The position numbers and the translations under genes were made by a program. A stretch of DNA of 64,000 nucleotides from the human T2T-CHM13v2.0 reference genome, Homo sapiens: the NCBI RefSeq assembly GCF_009914755.1, contig NC_060931.1; one strand, 5' to 3'. The notes below the pieces were generated by a model that saw nothing but the letters and a program-made list of their open reading frames with translations, did not search any database and was not told where the DNA came from. This document shows, one piece after another, positions 40,061-54,600 of this stretch; position 1 is the first letter of the stretch, and every line of letters begins with the position of its first letter.

Positions 40061-40512
40061 GAGCCCTAAAGGGTCTGAATCTTACTTGTGTGAGATGTGT
40101 AAAAACGAGAAGCTATTTCCCCTTCAGAAATAGCAGTGGAAAGCCTTTTTGCTCTCAGGTCTCCCTGCCCTCCTCTTGGGCTCAAGGACATGGATAATCC
40201 TATCTACCCATTGAGGTCCTTTCTTGGGTTTTGTGGGGGTTAGGGAGACTCTCATATCCCTACCCCCAGGAATCTTCTGATCTTTGAAGACCAGGCTCTA
40301 GAATCTACCCCTCTGGAGCTCTTTATCCTGAGGTTCCAACACTATTCTCTCACTAGGGCTCAGACCATTTAGAGGAAGCCCTCCCACCTCAAGCCCCACA
40401 CACCATTTCCTCTCCCGAAAGCCCACACAGCACAAGGGTTCCCTGAGATCAGTTGCCTATAGGTCCTCTGGCTCAGAAGATGCAGGTAATGTGGTTCTAA
40501 AAGAAGAAATAA

Positions 40513-40707
40513 ACCACATGCAGATCTTCAAATTATAACTTCTAGTAGTCATGTCTATTTCATTAACTTCTAGAAGGGATAATATGGACTTTTATTTTCC
40601 ACATTCCACTTTTATTGTTACCACATTCAGATCTTCTAACTATAACTTCTAGTAGTCTCGTCTATTTCATATAACTTCTAGAAGGGATAACACGGACTTT
40701 TATTTTC
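40513..40707. repeat. Tandem duplication, period ~107
   Basis: accacat.cagatcttc...tataacttctagtagtc...ggacttttattttc twice. Confidence 0.9.
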
Positions 40708-42959
40708 TTATTTCTGGTCTTTATAATAAACATCTAAATACAACTTTTGTTCATGTAAATGGCAAATTAGCATCATCGGGAAAATGGATGAGAAGCCATG
40801 AAGAATGGTTGTTCTCCTCATAATGAGCATTAGAATGTAAATAGCAAGATTCAAAGGAGAGGAGGCAGAATTAAGCACAGTCAAGACACTGGGATAAAGG
40901 ACTGATCAGATAATGTCTGGAGCAAATCAAAATGATTTACAGATATAAACAAATACATAAGCAGTACATTTATAAATTATAGATGTTCAGCTGGAGGAGG
41001 GTGAATAGAGAGTGGCATCCTTCTTTCTCTTCTACCATTTGTCAATATTAGGAAATATGACCTGTAAGAATTTATGAAGAACTTTGATATTATAAATTTA
41101 ACATTGAGTGTGTTGTAGCCATTGGTGAGATAAATATATGGCACAACCTTTGTGGATAATTTTGCCTTTCAATTTTGAGATGTAAATTTTTTTACTACTG
41201 TTACGAGTTTCGTGTTTAAGACAGGAATACAACTACTACTTTCAGAGCCCTCTCCATTATATGAGAATTGAGTCGAGGACAATAAAGCACCACCATATCC
41301 CCATTTTTTTTTCTATAAGAGTGGTTTTCAGACTTATTTGGTCGTGCTTTGTTCAAAAGAGAGCTTAACTAAATGCTCACACTGGAAAAAAAGATGTGTG
41401 TGGAACTGAACCTACTTGTGACCCATCCTCCCAGCCCTAAGCATCTTCCCACTAGAAACCAGGTTCCATGAGAACAGGTCATGGATGTAGCATTTCTCAC
41501 AGCTACATCCTCAGTGCTAGAAAATGCCAGGCAGGTAGTAGGCCTTGCTCAAGATTTAAGAAACGAACCTTGTAACAGTATGCAGGACTGTTTGGAAACC
41601 ACTATTTTCAACCCTTTCATTTAAATATTATCTAGAGAAGCCACTCCAGAAGGAATACAAACTTTAAGCAATGAGGAACAGCTAATGTGCATATCAGCTG
41701 AATGATTTGAGCGTAGATATCTAAACACCCTGCACCTCAATCTCATGAGGGTTTTATAAAGTGCCTCTATACACCCCCAACCCCAAGAAAAAGCTGAAAA
41801 TTTTATCACTTGTGTTTTATGTCATTTGACAGCAATGTAAAAGTATCATGAACTTTTGCATATATATGTATTCCTTGGAGAATTCAGAAGGGACCACAGA
41901 AACCACAGGTCTACCAGCTAGTTACTTGTTATCAATTATAAAACTTTCTGGATGATACTCTCATTCTATCTTTCTCTTCAAGTCCAGACATATTTCACTG
42001 CAAAGCCCAAATTCTAGATGACTGAAGAATTATTCAACTTCAAAGGGAAGTTAGGAATGGTCAGTTAGCCAACAGAGTTTATTTACCTTTACTCTAATAC
42101 TACAGTACACTGCAATGATTTGCTTCCATATCCATCTCCGCCAATAGACAGCTGGTTCCTGGAAGATGAAAACCACATTGTATTCACCTTAGTAATTAAT
42201 GTAAGTGCCTAGTGCAATGCAAAGCACATTGTAGCCTCCCACTTCTGAGTGTGGGGCAGGGACAAGGAAGAATTCAAACGTAATAAAGTAACTGAATTCC
42301 AGGATACTTGGTATTAGCTGTTAGAGTAGCCTTCAGGAACATCCTTCTTTACTCACAAAAGTCCACCACATTCAGGGAGTGAAGCAAAGTATTATCAACC
42401 ATCTGATTCTTCATCCTCATTAAATAGGCTCCCAAGGTCCAGCCACCAGCTTAAAAAACTGGAAAGGCTTTTAGGCAGTATTTACATGGTCCAACTAGAG
42501 AGAGGAAAGGAAGATCCTGACAAATAGAACTCAAAGACTAGCTGACAATAAACATCCCCCGTGTGAGAATAAGAGCACACTATGGGAGACTGAGAAAGTA
42601 GAAGTTAACTCAGACAAAGAATGTAAAAATCTGCCCAGCCATCAGGCTGGAGAATAACAGAAACAGAGCCAGCTTCAGGGTTAATAGGAAACAATACTTT
42701 TTTCAAGGACATTCTGCTACTATAAAGTGTCTTAACAACCCCTTTCTTTGTCTACTAGTAGTTTTCTGACTCACTGGGAAACTTTGTGCTCTAAAATCAC
42801 CAGAAACTCTGCTGTTTGAAATTATAGTACTCAGAATGAAGCATTTCATTTTTGTCTGGAGGATCTAAGTTACTCTGACACAAAGAAATGGCCTCGATTT
42901 ATCACCTAGAGCTTTAGAAAAGGGAGTTCTGGACATGGCATTTCACATCACTCTTAACT

Positions 42960-43250
42960 TTGTAGTTTGCAAGCAAACAGGACCCTGGTCCACATTGCAG
43001 TGATATTGATGCAAATTGTGTGACCCATTGACACACAAGCCCTGCTTTGCCTTAAACTTACCAAAAATTGCTTTGTTTATATTTCACTTAAACTCCGCCC
43101 TTCTCAAAAAATCCTATGACTCTTTTCCTTTGATTATTGAGCAGCTTTATAAGTGGTTTCTCTGCTGTAGAGTCTACCTCATTGTCATAAGTCAACAATC
43201 CTGCCTTCGTTGGACTATAGCTTTGAACCTGATGGCTTTAGGCTGATTGC
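42960..43250 (+). mobile_element. Old ERV1-class LTR fragment (MER110/MER90-like)
   Basis: Ends gactatagctttg..cctgatggctttaggctgattg. Confidence 0.35.
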
Positions 43251-44661
43251 ACTATGCCAAGACTTAAATCTTGGTATCCACCTTTCCATGATTGAGTTTA
43301 GGTTCAAGCAAAGCTTTATACAATAAAACTGTTCTCCTGGAGGTCATAGAGCTCCACTTTGTTCCTTGCGTTCATTTGGGCCTAAGTGAACTTGTCCTCC
43401 TCAGGGCTTAAGTCCTCAACTAGCCACCAGCACTGAGGAAAGGCCTGCTTCAGCAATGAAAACAGTTCATCATTTCCCTTTTACTAACCCTTGATTTCAA
43501 CACTTAGAACACCTTGGCTCCTGTTGGATGCTGATCACAAGAGGAAGCAGTACTTGACCTCTGTAACTCTTGGTCCCAGAATTTAAGATGCTCAGAGTCC
43601 TTATGTCCTCAGTGATGGGTGGCAGAGGAAATGGTAATGGTTTTTCTTGGTCCTCGGCTTGGGTGCACTGATTACCCCTAGGAGGCAGGAGCATGAAGAG
43701 GTGAAGGGAATGTCAGCAGAGGAGTAGATTTCATTTATCAGAAAATCATGCAAACTAGGGAGGTGCAGAATGCCAACTACAGCAGCCCAGAATAGTCTAT
43801 TCAGGGCTCAGTGTTTTTATACTCTTCAGAAAGGAAGCTTACTGCCTTCCTATCCTATCTCCCCCAAGGCCAGCACATTGCAAGGAAGGATTGGCCTTTA
43901 ACTGGTTCGTTTACCACAAAGGCCCAGTAATTAGTAGTAAGAGCTGCTATTTAATTCCCTCAACTACTTTGTCTTGCTTTGAAAAGCATTCAGAAGAGCA
44001 AGAGTCTTGCAAGGGATATCTGTTAAGGAATATAAAAAGCTCAGCTATTCACTATAAGCATTACACTCTAACCTCAAAACATCTTTAGTTCCCAAACCTA
44101 GAGGACACAAATACAAATTTTCCCCCTACCACACACACTAACAAAATAACCACAATATGTTTTAAGAAAGTAAATACAGTTAAAAACGTCTACAGATAAA
44201 TATGTACATTTAACAAATGCTTTCAAAAGTTATTTGTAGATAAATCCCAGATGCCAAAAGGGAAACACTAATAATTTGACTACATAAAACTTTAAAACTT
44301 GTTTACAGAAACCAAAAATAAAACATAACACACTGTTTAGAAAGGCAAAAACTATGTGTGGAAAAAATCTGCCATTCTGAGAGATGAAGAGCTAGTTTCT
44401 TAAACATAGGAGCAATGCTGATCAGGGATACAAATAAGCATGTCATAGAAAATGAAATAAAAATACCCCTCATCCATTTTCTTAGAAAAACGAACTATAA
44501 AGACAGAGTACTAAGGGAAAGAAACATAAGAAATTCTACATGTTCACATAAGAATAGGCAAACAAATATTAAGTGTTTTTTTTTTTTTTTTTTGAAAAGA
44601 GAAACAGAGGTCTTTGTATCAAAGTTTGCAAAGATAAGATTGTGAATTAAAAATAGAAAAA

Positions 44662-44970
44662 GGCCAGGAGCAATGGCTCATGCCTGTCATCCCAGCAATT
44701 TGGTAGGCCAAGGCAGGAGGATTGCTTGAAGACAGGAGTTTGAGGCCAGCCTGGGCAACAAAAGGAGTCCCTGTGTCTACAGAAAAATTTTAAAAATTAG
44801 CCAGGTGCAGTGATGTGCGCTTGTATTCCTAGCTACTCAAGAGGCTAAAGCAGGAGGATCCCTTGGGCCCAGACATTCACAGCTGCAGTGAGGTATGATT
44901 GCGTCACTGCATGACAGCCAAGGGGACAGCCAGACAGCGTTTCTAAAAAAAAAAAAAAAAAAAGAAAAGA
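44662..44970 (+). mobile_element. AluJ full length
   Basis: gggattgcttga...gaggccagcctgggcaac; A tail. Confidence 0.92.
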
Positions 44971-46746
44971 ATTAAGTTTCTGAGTGAATTTACTTCAAAT
45001 GGGATTTTATTAATGTTCCTATAATCCAAGAAAATGTTTCTAATCACCACCTACCCCTGGCCAATTTAATTGTTGCAAATAAAGACTGTATAGTAATAAA
45101 TTTAAAACAGGAACTACAGGACTTAAAAATATCAAGGCATATAAAGATCAAACCAGCTCTTATGAATAAAACATCCAACTTAATCCATATGAAATGTTTT
45201 TTTCTTCAAAGTGCCTAAATCTAGTACTCATAGCCTCAGTCATTCTTCAAATTATAGCTCATGAATACCATCCAGGTCTGAAATTTGTTTTAAGATAGCT
45301 CTTAAAGATACTGCAATGCATGACTAGTTCTGCCTAATTGATCTACCACTTGAAAATTCACAGTCATAAAATCCAAGCTGCTGTACAGCCAAGCTCTCCC
45401 AAGAGCCCATCATTATAATTTTTCCTATAGCCACCACGTCTCAACACTAATGGATGTAGGAATATTAACTATGATCAGGTACATAAAGAAATGGTAGCAC
45501 CCAAAATACGAAAGCAAAGGGACAAATCATTTTTATCTCAGATTTCAATATGCAGTGTGCCCATAGAGTATGCACAGGCACATCAATTCCCCTAGCTGTC
45601 TGAATGTCTGTTCTTAAACGTTGTGGGCCATGCTGACTACCAGAACAAAATAAAGTTGTATAAGATTGTATCAACGGCGCGAGGAAAAGTACAATAAAAC
45701 TATTTGTAATGCATGAGATTCACATGCTGAAGTTCTCATTTAGACATCACAGTCTTATATAATAAATTATTCTCCCTCCTAGGTATGAAATAATATTGTT
45801 TAATGTTCAGATTTTAAACTACAGAAAGAAATACTAAGGAAACCACGGATGGTATGAGATGAAGCTCTTTTGAAAGATACACACACACACTTCTTAAACC
45901 TTGCTACTCTTTTTTTTTTCTTTCAAATATTCTAATCTTCCATGGGTCATTTTCTTTGATTCTCAATATAAACTAAATCTTGACTTTTTCTTTCCTGAAC
46001 TCAGCAAAGGATAAGAAAGTCAAGCATACTGAAACATACCAGCATAGCAACTCATAATAGCTGCCCATTAACAGTAGTTTTTCAAACACAATCTGGAGAA
46101 AGACTATACAGGATGCCATCAACAAGTGTATTGTGATTTAATGACTTTATCAACATATTTATTTCATTGCTATTTAATAACACTAACCATGGCAACACAG
46201 GATAAAAGAATTTTTACAAAACAGCCTATCTTAGAAGTTTTTCAATTTGAGCTTAAAATTTTAAAGAATGAACTTGATCTAATTATAAACCACAATTTAA
46301 AATGTTAGTTCAAAATTAAAGGCCTATCAGAAATTACCAATAAAAAAGGTTGACTAAATCACAAATAAATACATTTTATCTCAATTATCTCATCTACATA
46401 ACCATTAAAAACAGTCTGATTTGTAGGAATCCAATTATTTTGAAAAATCATCAATGGTAAAGAAAATACATTTTATGTTAATTTTTGATGTCCTAAGGGA
46501 ACCAAGTTAAATGGCTAAATCAGTTTGTAGACAACAGATCAATTCCCAGATAGCCCATTTGCTTTCCCCTGAATACAGTAATGGAAGGAACCTCAAAGGC
46601 AAACTCAGTATTGCCAATCAAGCCATAACCTTGTACCAAGCAAAATGTGTTGTGAAATGCTCCCTTTGGTAAACAGAGGATACCACAGTTATTCTGCTAA
46701 CATCCTGAGAAAAGCTAATCCATAAAACATTTCATTTTAAACTCCC

Positions 46747-47119
46747 TGCTATGGTCTGAATGTTTGTGTCCTCCCCCAAAATTCATGTGTTGAAATCCTA
46801 ACTCCCAAAGTGACGGTATTTGGAGGTGGGCTCTTAAGAGGTGATTAGTTCATGAATGGAGCACTAATGAATAGGATTAGTACCCTTATAAAGGAGGCTC
46901 TAGGCCCCAGAGAGACCCCATCCCTCTTTCAGCCATGTGAGGTTATACTGAAATAACAGCCACCTATAAACCAGGAAGCACGGCCTCACGAGAGGTGAAA
47001 TCTTCAGTACCTTGACCTTGGACCTTCCAGCCTCCAGAACTGTTAGAAATAAAGTTCTGTTGTTTATAAGCTACCCAGTTTATGGTATCTTGTTGTTGCA
47101 GCTTGAACAGACTAAGACA
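46747..47119 (+). mobile_element. MLT1A-type MaLR solo LTR
   Basis: tgctatggtctgaatgtttgtgtcc...cagcctccagaactgt...gactaagaca. Confidence 0.9.
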
Positions 47120-47795
47120 CTATTTTAAAAAATGCAACAGACTTTAGAGATACACCTATAAGATTAACAAACTTATTTAGTAGTATGTCATTATAGATTT
47201 CAAGTACATTAGATTTGCTGATCTTTCCAATAGTGTATTTTCTTTATAAAGCAAAGCAAAGAAATTTAACCAATTATAAGATATTCACTGTTAAACATGA
47301 ATACAGTGAACAAAGAAAGGTACACTGCTCACCCTAGGCCAAGAAACAGCTAACAGCAAAGCATCTGGTCTCTCCAGACTAACTGCTCACCTAATAGCAC
47401 TATGCTTCTGGCAACTTCTAGTTCAATATATACTGAATAGGATTTGTGCAACTCTAATTTAATTCACCACCAACTACATATTTGTACAAATTAAAGCATT
47501 CATATTGGATCTTTGTTCAAAGAGTCCTGAGTGCAAATGAAAAAATTAAAATGCTGTACCTTTCAGCCATATCATTACATGCACTAAAAGCCTTTCTAAA
47601 AGAAACACTGATTTGTTATATCAAATGTGTAAAAGGACCATTCAGGTCCTCCTTTACTGTTGTTTCTCTTCATTTTTCATTTCCATTGATTGAAACTCCT
47701 TGGTGCATCCCTCCAGCCCCTATTTTTGAACATAATTCCTTTTTTGAAGATCAGACCCCAATTTTCATTATAATATCTTCAAAAATGTTTACAAC

Positions 47796-49039
47796 TGTGT
47801 GGGAGTCTAAGTCTCTTGAGAAATTCTAAGAACTTGCTTTATGAATCTGGGTGCTTCCATGCTGGGTGCATATACATTTAAGATAGTGAGAGCTTCTTGC
47901 TGAATTGAGCCCTGTAACAATTATGTAATGCCCTTCTTTATCTTTTTAAATCTTTGTTGGTTTAAAGTCTGTTTTGTCTGAAACTAGGATCACAATCCCT
48001 GCTTATTTCTGTTTTCCATTTGCCTGGTAGATTTTTCTCCATCCTTTTATTTTGAGCTTATGTGTGTCACTGCATGTGAGATGGGTCCCTTAAAGACAGC
48101 ATATCAATGGGTCTTGCTTTTTTATCCAGCTTAACATGGTGTGTCTTTTAATTGGGACATTTAACCCATTTACATTCAAGGTTAGTATTGATACGTGTGA
48201 ATTTGATCCTATCCTCATGATGTTAGCTGGTTATTTTGCAGACTTGTTTATGTGGTTGCTTCATAGCGTCACTGGTCTATGTACTTCAGTGTGTTTTTGT
48301 AGTGGCTGGTAATGATCTTTCCTTTCCAGACTTAGTGCTTCCTTCAGGAGCTCTTGTAAGGCATGTCTGGTGGTAATGGACTCCCTTAGCATTTGCCTTT
48401 CTGAAAAAGATCTTATTTCCTCTTCACTTATGAGGCTTACTTTGCCTGAAAACAAACTCTAGGTTGGAATTTCTTTTCTTTAAGAATGTTGAGTATTGAC
48501 CCCCAATCTCTTCTGGTTTGTAGGGTTTCTGCTGAGAGGTCTGCTGTTAGTCTGACGGGCTTCTCTTTGTAGGCGTCCTGACCTTTCTAGCTGTCATGAA
48601 CATTTTTTCTTTCATTTCAGCCTAGAGAATCTGACGATTACATGTCTTGTGGATGATCTTCTTGCTTCATTTCCTAAACCTGAATGTTGGCCACTCTAGG
48701 TAGATTGGGGAAGTTCTCATGGATGATATCCTAAAATATGTTTACCAAGTTGATACCATTCTCCCTATCTCTTTTGGGGACACCAATGAGTCATAGATTT
48801 AGTCTCCTTATATAATCCCATATTTCTCGGAGGTTTTGTTCATTTCCTTCTCATTTTTTTCTGTACTCTTGTCTAATTGTCTTATTTCAGAAAGCCAGAC
48901 TTCAAGCTCTGAGATTCTTTCCTCCACCTGGTCTGTTTTGATATTAATGCTTGTAATTGCATTATAAAATTCTTGTAGTGTGTTTTTCAGCTCTATCAAG
49001 TTGTTTACATTCTTTTCTATACTGGCTATTTTGTCTATC
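47796..49039 (-). mobile_element. L1PA13-16-like, inverted 5' segment (ORF1 3' part to ORF2 endonuclease start)
   Basis: ORF1 remnants on minus (48261-48455, 48808-48999); antisense EN sequence at left end. Confidence 0.9.
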
Positions 49040-52000
49040 AGACTTCAACTCCCACGCAATAATAGTGGGAGAGCTTGACATCCCACTGACAATATTAAAT
49101 CATCAAGACAGAAAACTAACAAAGATATTCAGGACCTGAGCTCAGTACTGGATCAAAGGGACCTGATAGATAGCTACAGAACTCTCAATCCCAAAACAAC
49201 ACAATATACATTGTTCTTATCACCACATGGCACATCCTCTAAAATCAATCACATAATCAGAAGTAAAACACTCCTCAGCAAAAGAACTGAAATCATTTTA
49301 AAAAAAAAAAAAAACCCTTTCTGACAACAGCATAATCAAATTGGAAATCAAGACTAAGAAATTCACTCAAAACCATACAATTAGATGGAAATTGAATCAA
49401 CTGCTCCTGAATGAATTGGGGGAAATAATGAAATTAAGGGACATATCAAGAAGTTCTTTGAAACTAATGAGAACAAAGATACAACATACCAGAATCTCTG
49501 GGACACAGCTAAGGCCATGTTAAGAGGGAAATTTGTAGCGCTAAATGCCCACATCAGAAAGTTACAAAGATCTCAAGTTAATAACCTCACATCACAACTG
49601 AAAGAACTAGAGAACCAAGAGCAAACAAATCCCAAAGCTAGCAGAAGACAATAAATAACTAAAATCAGATCTGAACTGAAGGAGATTGAGACATAAAAAA
49701 AAAAATTCAAAAGATCAACAAATCCAGGAGCAATTTTTTTGAAAAAATTAATAGATCACTAGCTAGACTAATAAAGAATAGAGAAGATTCAAATAAACAA
49801 AATCAGAAACAACAAGGGGGATATTACCACTGACCCCATAGAAATACAAACAACCATCAGAGAATATCATGAACACTTCCGTGCACATAAACTAGAAAAT
49901 CTAGAAGAAATGGATAAATTCCTGGACACATACACCCTCCCAAGACTCAACCAGGAAAATGTGAACCCCTGAACAGACCAATAATGAGCTCTAAAATTGA
50001 ATCCTTAATGAACAGCCTAAAAGCAAACTGAATCCGGCATCACTTCAAGAAGCTTATCCACCATGATCAAGCCAGCTTTTTCCCTAGGATGCAAAGTTGG
50101 TTCAACATACACAAGTCAATAAATATGATTTATCACAAACAGAACTAAAGACAAAAACCACATGAGAATCTCAATCTATGTAGAAAAAACTTTCGATAAA
50201 ATTCAACACCTATTCATGTTAAAAACTATCAATAAACTAGATATTGAAGGACTATACCTCAAAATAAGAGCCATCTATGACATACCCACCACAAACATCA
50301 TACTGAATGGGCAAAAGCTGGAAGCATTCCCCTTGAAAACCAGCAAAAGACAAGGATGCCCTCTCTCACCACTCCTATTCAACACAGTATGGGAAGTCCT
50401 GGCCAGGGCTGTCAGGCAAGAGAAAGCAATATAGGGCATCCAAATAGGAAGAGAGAAAGTCAAACTATCCTTGTTTGCAGACAACATGATCCTATATCTA
50501 GAAAACCCCATAGCATCAGCCCATAAGCTCCTTAAGTTGATAAGCAACTTCAGTAAAGTCTCAGGATACAAAATCAATGAGAAAAAAATCACTAACATTC
50601 CTATACACCAAAAACAGTTAAGCCGAGAGCCAAATCAAGAACACAGTCCCATTCACAATTGCCACAAAAAGAACAAAATACCTAGGAATACAACTAGCCA
50701 GGGAGGTGAAATATCTCCACAAGGATAACTACACAACTGCTCAAAGCTATCAGAGATGACACAAACAAATAGGAAAACATTCCATGCTCATGGATAGGAA
50801 GACTCAATATTGTTAAATTGGCCATACTGCCCAAAGCAATTTATAATTCAATGCTCTTCCATTAAACTTCCATTGACATTCTTCACAGAACTTGAAAAAA
50901 ACTATTTTAAAATTCATATGGAACTAAAATTCATATGGAGCCCAAATAGCCAAGGCAACCTTAAGCAAAATGAACAAAGGTGGAGGCATCACACTACCCA
51001 ACTTCAAACTATACTACAGGGCTACAGTAACCAAAACAGCATGGTGCTGGTATAAAAACAGATACATAAACCAATGGAACAGCATACAGAGCCCAGAAAT
51101 AAGGCTGCACACCTACAACTATCAGATCTTCAACAAACCTGACAAAACAAGCTAGGAGGAAAGGATTCCCTATTCAATAAATGGTGCTGTTATTACTGGC
51201 TACCCATATGCAGAAGACTGAAACTGGACTCCTTCCTTATACCATATACAAAAATTAACTCAAGATGGAAAAAAGACTTACATGTAAAATCCAAAACTGA
51301 AAAAAAAAACCCTGGAAGACAATCTAGGCAATACCATTCCGGAAAGAGCAATGGGCAATGATTTCATGGTGAAGACACCAAAAGCAATCGCAACAAAAAC
51401 AAAAACTGATGAATGGGATCTAACTCAACTAAACAGCCTCTGCACAGCAAACTATCAACAGAGTGAACAGACAACCTACAAAATAGGAGACAATTTTTGC
51501 AAACTATGCATCTGACAAAAGTCTAACATCCAGCGTCTATAAAGAACTTAAATTTACAAGAAAAAAAAACATTAAAAAGCAGGCAAACGACATAAATAGA
51601 CACTTTTCAAAAGAAGATATACATGTGGATAACAATCATATGAAAAAAAAAGCTCAACATCACCTATCATTAGAGACACGCAAATCAAACCACAACGAGA
51701 TATCATCTTATATCAGTCAAATGGCTATTATTAAAAAGTCAAATAACAGATGATGGTGATGTTGCAGAAAAAGGAATGCTTATACACTGTTGGTGGGAGT
51801 GTAAATTAGTTCAACCATTGTGGAACACAGTGTGGCAATTTCTCAATGACCTAAAAACAGAACTATCATTTGACTCAGCAATCCCATTACCAGGTATATA
51901 CCCAAAGGAATATAAATCATTCTATTAAAGACACACATGCACGTGTGTGTTCACTGCAGCACTATTCACAATAACAAACACATGGAATCAAACTAAATGT

Positions 52001-52436
52001 CCATCAATGGTGGAATGGATAGAGAAAATGTGGTACATATACCCCATGGAACAGTATGCACCATAAAAAAGAACAAGATCACATTCTTTGCAGAGACATA
52101 GATGGAGCTGGAGGCCATTATCCTTAGCAAACTAATGCAGGAATGGAAAACTAAATACCACGTTATCATTTATAAGTGGGAGCTAAATGATGAGAACACA
52201 TGGACACCTAGAGGGGAATGATGGACACAGACGGGAACAACAGACACCAGAGCTTATTGCAGGGTGGAGGCAGGGAGGAGGGAGAGGATAAGGAAAAATA
52301 ACTAACAGGTACTAGGAATAATACCCGGTTTGACAAAATAATCTGTACAACAAACCTCCATGACACAATTACCTATATAACAAACCTGCTCATGTACCCC
52401 TGAACTTAAAAGTTAAATTAAAAAATAAATAAAAAT
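49040..52436 (+). mobile_element. L1PA13-16-like ORF2 (disrupted) and 3'UTR
   Basis: RT remnants [12 protein letters not shown] and [12 protein letters not shown]; 3' end atgtacccctgaacttaaaagt + A tail. Confidence 0.93.
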
Positions 52437-53864
52437 ATTTCATCATATGAATGTATGATTTTAACTCATTCTCTAATTCATAGAGATTTGCATTATTTTG
52501 AGTTATACATGTTTATTTAATATTTGTGTCAAGTTTTTTTGTGCAGGTTTTTTTTTTCAATGTTATATATCAAGGAGTAAAACTGCTTTGTCACAGAGCA
52601 AGTTCAATTTTATGCAAAACTGAATAACAGTTTTCCAATGCAGTTGTTGCATTAAAAAAAAACTCTATAAAACATTTTAACACCACAATACAATTCTTAC
52701 CAATGAGGTTTCCCTTTCCTTCCCTAACTCCTTATTCTATCAAAAGGAAAAAACAAGAGAGGAAAAGGTGCTGTGATCGTCCCTAAACACATCCTCCTCC
52801 TTGACCCAAACATCAATACTTGTCCAGGGCTGCAGTTCACCCAGCCCCTAGACCAAGGTAAAATGCCACTCTCCCTAATGAATGTTCAAAATAAGTGTAT
52901 AAACTTCACCACAGTCTAACTAGGCCATCTAAAGTCTGAAGTATTAACTGAAACAATATTAAGCTCCCTATTTAAACTGGAACCAGGACTACCCAGAGGA
53001 CATTTGTTTATAGCCTCTGCAGCTACATCAATGTATATAGATGTCCTATATTATCCCAAATGCTACAAAGCCAACAAAAGGTTAGTTTTGCAAAGCTTAC
53101 TTTTATTTTACTCGATATGTAATATTACAGGGAAATCTTTCTGACAAAAGTCTCAATGAGGGCCCCTTACTGAAATTGCTGTAGGAAACTCTACCATTGC
53201 CTCCATCACAAGCAATTTTTTTGTAGACTTAATTATATTGAAACTCTAGAGAAACTTCTGTTTTACTATAAACTCTACTTCATCAAGAACTTGTTCCAGA
53301 AGGAAAATAAAAGAGTTACACTATGAAAGTAATGTTTGAGTTTTCCTGAGCTCACAGAAAATACTTATGTACACTTGCCTCAACTTCTGCTTGATTTTTG
53401 CAAGACAGGGAGTCAGGAGGGGAAGAAATCTTCCTTTGTAGAAGGCTCTCATTAACACAGTTACCTTGGACAGCTAGATGTTCACCTGATGAAAGACAGC
53501 CTTATCCCTGTGACAAGGAGGACAAGTGCAATCATTTGTTCAGGTGTGCCTCCCATTTAGAGAAATGGTCTTCCAATCGTAAAAATGCTGTCACATTTTC
53601 ATACAGTCACAAGATAAATAAGAAAGTGCCTTATAAACAAATCTTAAATAGATTCAAGTTTGTAGTCTTTGCACCATTCAAAAATATGGCCATTTCCTTT
53701 AAATACCAGCTCTCACATTTGGCCAATTGCCTTGGCAATAATATTGCCTTAAAATGTAGTGACTAACTAATGCCAGAAAAAACAGAACACAGATACAGTA
53801 TTATTCTTTTCTTTCTAGATTGAGAGAAGACAGAAGCATATTTTTAAGAAGTATAGCTATGTAG

Positions 53865-54170
53865 GGCTGGGCGCGGTGGCTCACGCCTGTAGTCCCAGCA
53901 CTTTGGGAGGCCAAGGCGGGTGGATCACGAGGTCAGGAGATCGAGACCATCCTGGCTAACACAGTGAAACCCCGTCTCTACTAAAAATACAAAAACAAAA
54001 TTAGCCGGGCGTGGTGGTGGGCGCCTGTAGTCCCAGCTACTTGGGAGGCTGAGGCGGGAGAATGGCGTGAACCCCGGGAGGTGGAGCTTGCAGTAAGCAG
54101 AGATCGCACCACTGCACTCCAGCCTGGGTGACAGAGCCAGATTCCATCTCAAAAAAAAAAAAAAAAAGAA
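53865..54170 (+). mobile_element. AluY full length
   Basis: gatcacgaggtcaggagatcgagaccatcctggctaacac; TSD AAGAAGTATAGCTAT at 53846-53860 and 54171-54185. Confidence 0.96.
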
Positions 54171-54419
54171 AAGAAGTATAGCTATCTAGAATGCAATTAA
54201 CCTAAATAATTTAAATGGAATCAAATGCAAGATTATAATCTATGTGTCAAAAGGAGTCTGAACAAGGAGATTAAAATGTTAACACTGGCACTCATATTAG
54301 TCAAAATACACCTAGCAATTAAAAGTTTTTTAAATGTTCAACTGTTCACTTTCTATCATAGAGAGTTTGTTCAATGTCTCATATTCATACTTCTTTCAGT
54401 CAACACATCTATCGGCATT

Positions 54420-54600
54420 GAGGAAAGGCCACTGAAACTCAAATCAGGTGGTGTAAATTTATATTCTCACTTGGCCACTTACAAGCTATGTGACTGTTGA
54501 AAGCCTGCCTCTGGCAGCTCTTCAGAAAAAAAGATATGTAACCTCTACTACTCGGTTATCCTGGGTAGAAAACCACATCATATGCAAACACTACATATGG
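54420..54600 (+). mobile_element. MIR fragment
   Basis: gccacttacaagctatgtgac. Confidence 0.5.

Noticed and set aside
50162-51155. ORFs with reverse-transcriptase motifs
   Set aside because: Frameshifted, stop-ridden L1 ORF2 remnants; not an active element or novel RT system.
53465-53507. Possible 21- or 43-nt minus micro-exon with AAG/GTAACT donor
   Set aside because: Short pyrimidine tracts; expected by chance in 64 kb.
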